Part shown: piece after piece, positions 59,915-64,000 of the stretch
Layout: each line of letters begins with the position of its first letter
Numbering within the stretch: position 1 is the stretch's first letter
DNA from: Bacteroides sp.
GTDB taxonomy: Bacteria; Bacteroidota; Bacteroidia; Bacteroidales; Bacteroidaceae
NCBI GenBank assembly: GCA_047975405.1
Contig: JBKEDO010000032.1
Location: forward strand, 21,374-85,373
DNA length: 64,000 bases
Direction of reading: 5' to 3'
Translations under genes and position numbers: made by a program
Notes under the pieces: model-generated
What the model saw: the letters and a program-made list of their open reading frames with translations, nothing else
Told to the model about the DNA's origin: nothing
Database searches by the model: none

Positions 59915-61570
59915 TTATACTTTATCGTTTTGGCGGATCTCTACACGTCTAATTTTGCCACTAATCGTCTTAGGCAATTCTTCTACAAACTCAATGATAC
60001 GTGGATATTTGTAGGGTGCTGTCACCTTCTTGACGTGATTTTGTAGCTCTTTGATTAGATTTTCGTCTGCTTGAGCTTTGTATTCATTGGCTAAGATGAC
60101 TGTTGCTTTCACCACTTGGCCTCTGATTTCGTCGGGTACTCCTGTAATGGCACATTCCACTACGGCTGGGTGGGTCATTAAGGCACTTTCAACTTCGAAC
60201 GGGCCGATACGGTAGCCTGAACTTTTAATCACATCATCAGCACGTCCCACGAACCAAAGATAGCCATCCTCGTCCTTCCAAGCGACATCACCGGTGTAGT
60301 AGACGTCGTCGTGCCAAGCCTCGTACGTTCGTTTGCTGTCGCGGTAATACTCCTTGAATAATCCTAAAGGTTTACCTTTATCCGTGCGGATAACGATTTG
60401 TCCTTGTTCGCCGGCTTCTACCGAACGACCGTTGTTGTCAATCAAATCGACATCATATTGTGGATTAGGTAATCCCATACTTCCCGGCTTTGGAGTCATC
60501 CAAGGCATCGTAGCTACAGTCAAGGTGGTTTCGGTTTGTCCGAATCCCTCCATGAGTTTGATGCCGGTTAGCCGTTTAAAGGTGTCGTATACTGCCGGAT
60601 TGAGAGCCTCCCCTGCAATGGTGCAGTATTGTAGCGAAGAGAGATCATATTGAGTCAGATCCTCGCGAATAAGGAAGCGGAAGATCGTTGGAGGTGCACA
60701 AAGCGAAGTGATATGATAGTCGTGTATCTTACTTAAGATATCGGCCGGTGTGAACTTCTCGTGATCGTAGACGAAGATATTAGCTCCGGCGATCCATTGT
60801 CCATAGAGCTTTCCCCAAACCGCTTTTCCCCATCCGGTATCGGCGATGGTCAGATGAAGGCTTTCTTCACTGAGGTTATGCCAGAAAGAACCGGTGGCAA
60901 TATGTCCCAATGGGTAGGTGAAGTCGTGTGCGACCATTTTAGGTTCTCCGGTGGTACCCGAAGTGAAATACATGAGCGAGAGGTCATTGTTCGTATTTGC
61001 CTGTTCAGGTCGAACGAATGGTGGGGCTTGTTCGAATTCGCTGTGGAAATCATGAAATCCCTCCGGAATATAAGGACCTACCGAAACGAGTTGCTTGATG
61101 GTTGGGCATTGAGGTATAGCGTCACTGATGTGCGTGGTGATCACCTCTTCGCCCGCAGCTACAATCATCTTAATGTCGGCTGCTTGACAACGATAGATAA
61201 TATCTTTCTTGGTTAATAAGTGGGTAGCCGGGATGACCGTTGCCCCCAATTTGTGAAGGGCAATAATGCTAAACCAAAATTCGTAACGACGTTTCAAGAT
61301 GAGCATTACCATATCGCCACGTCCAATTCCCAATTGTTGGAAATAAGAGGCGGTTTGGTCGGTATACTCTTTCATCTCCTTGAACGTGAACTGGCGATGT
61401 TCGCCTTTATCATTAGTCCATAATAAAGCCTTTTTATCGGGGCATTCTTCTGCCCAAGCGTCAACGACATCGTATCCGAAGTTGAATACATCGGGTACGT
61501 TGATCTTGAAATTCTGAATAAAATCCTCTTGTGAGGCAAACTGTGTTTGTTGAAGAAATCTTTCTACCAT
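59915..61570 (-). CDS. AMP-forming acyl/acetyl-CoA synthetase
   Basis: YFTSGTTGEPK, GFGQTET, TGD, GRADDVIKSSGYRIGPFEVE, LPKTISGKIRR. Confidence 0.93.
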   Translation of the reverse strand: MVERFLQQTQFASQEDFIQNFKINVPDVFNFGYDVVDAWAEECPDKKALLWTNDKGEHRQFTFKEMKEYTDQTASYFQQLGIGRGDMVMLILKRRYEFWFSIIALHKLGATVIPATHLLTKKDIIYRCQAADIKMIVAAGEEVITTHISDAIPQCPTIKQLVSVGPYIPEGFHDFHSEFEQAPPFVRPEQANTNNDLSLMYFTSGTTGEPKMVAHDFTYPLGHIATGSFWHNLSEESLHLTIADTGWGKAVWGKLYGQWIAGANIFVYDHEKFTPADILSKIHDYHITSLCAPPTIFRFLIREDLTQYDLSSLQYCTIAGEALNPAVYDTFKRLTGIKLMEGFGQTETTLTVATMPWMTPKPGSMGLPNPQYDVDLIDNNGRSVEAGEQGQIVIRTDKGKPLGLFKEYYRDSKRTYEAWHDDVYYTGDVAWKDEDGYLWFVGRADDVIKSSGYRIGPFEVESALMTHPAVVECAITGVPDEIRGQVVKATVILANEYKAQADENLIKELQNHVKKVTAPYKYPRIIEFVEELPKTISGKIRRVEIRQNDKV

Positions 61571-61579
61571 ATGCTAAAA

Positions 61580-62134
61580 CTACATGATTACAGCTAAGAA
61601 GCGCACGTTTTTACCGTTAAGCGCTCTCATGCCATGTGGAAGTTTGGAGTTAAAAAATAGGCTGTCGCCTTCGTGAAGTATGACTTCTTTGCCGTTGATG
61701 TTGAGCATCATACTTCCTTCTAAGACATAGTTGAACTCTTGTCCGCTATGACTATTCATCTGCATGGGCTCATCTTCGGGTTTAGGTTCAACGGTTACGA
61801 TAAACGGATCGGCCAAGCGATTGATGAACCCCGCGGCGAGCGATTGATATTTATAAGCTTTGGTGCGCTCTATACTTATTCCTTTTCCGGCACGAGTGAT
61901 AAAGTAGGCACTCATTCGAGGTTCTTCACCAAACATAAGGGCGTCGAGGGCAATGCCATATTGACGAGAGATCTTTTGTAACATGCTTACAGAGATATCA
62001 CTCTCGCCACTTTCGGCAGCTTCATACTCTTTCAGCGATAATCCGCAGTCGTTTGCGATTTCCTCGGGTGACAGTTCTAAAACATCTCGAAGGCCTCTAA
62101 GGCGTTCGGCTATGAGTTTGATTTGTTCGTCCAT
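61580..62134 (-). CDS. XRE-family HTH / cupin transcriptional regulator
   Basis: N-terminal HTH (IAERLRGLR...ESG), C-terminal HSGQEFNYVLEG...GDSLFFNS.LPH. Confidence 0.9.
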   Translation of the reverse strand: MDEQIKLIAERLRGLRDVLELSPEEIANDCGLSLKEYEAAESGESDISVSMLQKISRQYGIALDALMFGEEPRMSAYFITRAGKGISIERTKAYKYQSLAAGFINRLADPFIVTVEPKPEDEPMQMNSHSGQEFNYVLEGSMMLNINGKEVILHEGDSLFFNSKLPHGMRALNGKNVRFLAVIM

Positions 62135-62159
62135 TGTGAATCTTGTTTTTTTGATGAAT

Positions 62160-62197
62160 AAAAGGTCGTGCAGTGAATTTCTTATGCGCGACCTTTT
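62160..62197 (-). terminator. Hairpin between proC and the XRE regulator
   Basis: AAAAGGTCGTGCA...TGCGCGACCTTTT. Confidence 0.6.
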
Positions 62198-62205
62198 TGT
62201 AAAGT

Positions 62206-62976
62206 TTATTGGGAAGCTTTCATGGCTTTGATCACAGCCGATGAAAATCCGTCATGTTCTAGTTGATTGAGACCTTTGATTGTGATCCCTCCCGGGGTGG
62301 TGACTTTGTCGATTTCCACACTAGGATGAGTTTCGTTATTCAAGAGTAGTTGTGCTGCCCCTTCGAGTGATTGTGCCACCATCGTCATGGCCTCCTTGGG
62401 GCGTATGCCCATTTCAACGCCCGCTTGCATGGCTGCTTGCACATATTTCAAGACGAAAGCGATACCACAGGATGACAGAGCGGTGGCCGCCTCTATCTGA
62501 CTTTCGGGGATTAGCATGGTTTGTCCAAGCTCATTGAATAGTTGCACGATGCCTTCTTCCTCTTCGATTGAAGCATTGCGTGAAGCGACGAGCGTCATGC
62601 TGGCACGTTCGCTGATTGCCGTGTTTGGAATCACGCGAAACATGGTGGTTTCGGAACCGACGATATGAGCTAAACGTTCGAAACTCACGCCGGCAGCCAG
62701 TGAGATCAAGAGTTGTCCTTTCTTCAGTTTTAAAGCGTGAAGAACCTCTTCGACCAACCAAGGTTTCACAGCAAGGATGATGAGGTTGGCGTTGGTGGCC
62801 GCTTCCGTATTACTCGTTGTAGTCTGTAGTTCCGGATGCTCGACTTTTAATCTAAGGAGTTTATCGTTGCTCGGATTGGAGACAACGATGTTGGCAGTTT
62901 CAATCAATCTGCTTTGTGCCAGTCCGCGTGCAATGGCTCCTCCCATATTACCGGCACCAATGATAGCTACTTTCAT
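62206..62976 (-). CDS. proC: Pyrroline-5-carboxylate reductase
   Basis: IIGAGNMG, LAVKP, SLAAG, RVIPN, VTTPGGIT. Confidence 0.96.
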   Translation of the reverse strand: MKVAIIGAGNMGGAIARGLAQSRLIETANIVVSNPSNDKLLRLKVEHPELQTTTSNTEAATNANLIILAVKPWLVEEVLHALKLKKGQLLISLAAGVSFERLAHIVGSETTMFRVIPNTAISERASMTLVASRNASIEEEEGIVQLFNELGQTMLIPESQIEAATALSSCGIAFVLKYVQAAMQAGVEMGIRPKEAMTMVAQSLEGAAQLLLNNETHPSVEIDKVTTPGGITIKGLNQLEHDGFSSAVIKAMKASQ

Positions 62977-63076
62977 CTTTTTCTAACTTTAAAGGGTTAT
63001 GGCTCTGACAAAGGTAGTTTTTAAAAATGAAAAATGAGGTTTTCTTGCTGTTATTTTATAGGCTAAAAGAATAAAA

Positions 63077-63119
63077 AACAAGCAACTTGATAGAGAATAC
63101 CTCAATCAAGTTGCTTGTT
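63077..63119. terminator. Orphan terminator-like hairpin upstream of the proC promoter
   Basis: AACAAGCAACTTGAT...ATCAAGTTGCTTGTT 15-bp inverted repeat; the T-run follows on the minus strand. Confidence 0.6.
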
Positions 63120-63154
63120 GGTAGAATGATTCTAAGGGCGTTTGACCTGTTTTA

Positions 63155-63404
63155 ACGTTAGTCTGACGAAAACGATTAAAATGGAGTGGACTGGTTATCT
63201 GGTATTCTTTTGATATTAATGATCGGCTTCTCTGGAAAGAAACCATATGCAGTAATGCCATACTTTTTTTCAGTTCTACGAAGCGGTTGTATGATACTGG
63301 GGGGGGAAATGCTGCAAATGTATCATAGCTTCAGCTTTCGATATCTTAGACTAACAATGGTTTCTTTGCTTTTGAGGAATTACTTTTGATTTTAATGAGT
63401 ATCT
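63155..63404 (-). pseudogene. Internally deleted IS982-family transposase relic
   Basis: Minus-strand pieces RYSLKSK...SKISKAEAMI / HLQHFP / VSYNRFVELKK / AYGFFPEKPIINIKRIPDNQSTPF*, followed by terminus-like TCAGACTAACGT. Confidence 0.78.
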
Positions 63405-63436
63405 TCCTAAAAGAAAATAAAAATAGACAGAAATCA

Positions 63437-63466
63437 TTTGATAACTAGAACCTTTTAATAACTTTG
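63437..63466 (+). promoter_or_regulatory. Sigma-A promoter for the lipoprotein/rSAM unit
   Basis: TTTG (63437-63440), 18-nt spacer, TAACTTTG (63459-63466). Confidence 0.65.
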
Positions 63467-63512
63467 TTTTCTGTGTACATAGTGATACAAGATTTCTTTA
63501 AATATCTTCCAT

Positions 63513-63974
63513 ATGAAAAAGGCAAACAATTTCTGGCTTCGTGTTTCGGCTTCGTTGCTGAATTCTATTCTCTTGCTACTCGGCTTTTCTTCTTGTGATA
63601 ATAACGAGCCGCAGATGTATGGTACACCTTATGCGACTTATAGCTTAAAAGGAAAGGTGATTGATGCACAAAGACAACCTATTCGTGATATAGAAGTAGA
63701 GTTAAAGGGTGTGCGCAATACTCTTTCCTACAATCGAGCAGAACCATTGAAAACGAATGCTTCTGGAGAGTTCGCTTTTAAGGGAGATCTTGGCGCTGAA
63801 GAAAAATTCAGATTGGTGGCCCGTGATGTGGACGGCGCTGCAAATGGCTCTTTCAAATCAGACTCAATAGATATAACAATGGACAAACCATCGGGTGGAG
63901 ATGGAAGTTGGTTTCAAGGTACCACTTCAAAAGACGATATTGTGATTACTCTTCAAAAGGATGAAGTTAAATGA
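63513..63974 (+). CDS. Radical-SAM-associated putative lipoprotein (TIGR04134-like)
   Basis: Lipobox LGFSSC, MYGTPYATYSLKGKV, DVDGAANG.F and GDGSWFQG motifs. Confidence 0.8.
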   Translation: MKKANNFWLRVSASLLNSILLLLGFSSCDNNEPQMYGTPYATYSLKGKVIDAQRQPIRDIEVELKGVRNTLSYNRAEPLKTNASGEFAFKGDLGAEEKFRLVARDVDGAANGSFKSDSIDITMDKPSGGDGSWFQGTTSKDDIVITLQKDEVK

Positions 63975-64000
63975 GTGCGGCTTCTATCTCATTAAGGAAA
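63971..64000 (+). CDS. Start of a coupled gene (MSAASISLRK...), probably a TIGR04133-like radical SAM/SPASM protein; truncated by the window edge
   Basis: ATGA overlap with the lipoprotein stop codon; identity inferred from context only. Confidence 0.45.
   Translation, partial: MSAASISLRK

Noticed and set aside
59595..59915. Integrative element at the tRNA genes
   Set aside because: No integrase and no duplicated tRNA 3' end seen; a terminator and core genes follow directly.
63186..63389. 67-aa plus-strand ORF with a G8 tract (possible phase variation)
   Set aside because: It is the antisense shadow of the IS982 relic; the G-run lies in dead sequence.

Overview
Chromosomal segment of a Bacteroidales (Bacteroides/Phocaeicola-like) bacterium. 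Evidence for this: TAnnTTTG promoters, a SusC/SusD pair, and Bacteroides-type BamA, ArgF' and rpmH. Most of the window is core housekeeping: susC/D, asd, tcdA, lolD-like ATPase, murF, folP-dacA-tldD-tldE, cidA/lrgB, pta-ackA, radC, lpxH, alkaline phosphatase, efp, rpmH, ddl, proBA-argF', murI, uppS-bamA-ompH, ribD, prmC-recX-pyrE-argH, tRNA-Gly, tRNA-Leu, an acyl-CoA ligase and proC. Three places depart from this. (1) An AT-rich accessory islet of about 4.3 kb after ackA (about 28.1-32.4 kb) holds nested IS relics, an eroded AraC-like relic, and an intact promoter / 67-aa RiPP-like precursor / hairpin / outer-membrane beta-barrel module with no modifying enzyme or exporter. (2) A 730-bp non-coding region after lpxH is built from IHF-consensus boxes flanked by 12-bp tandem and inverted repeats plus a 22-bp-period array. 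(3) At the right edge an internally deleted IS982-like relic precedes a radical-SAM-associated lipoprotein and the first codons of its probable partner. All family calls come from motif recognition by eye; no searches were run.
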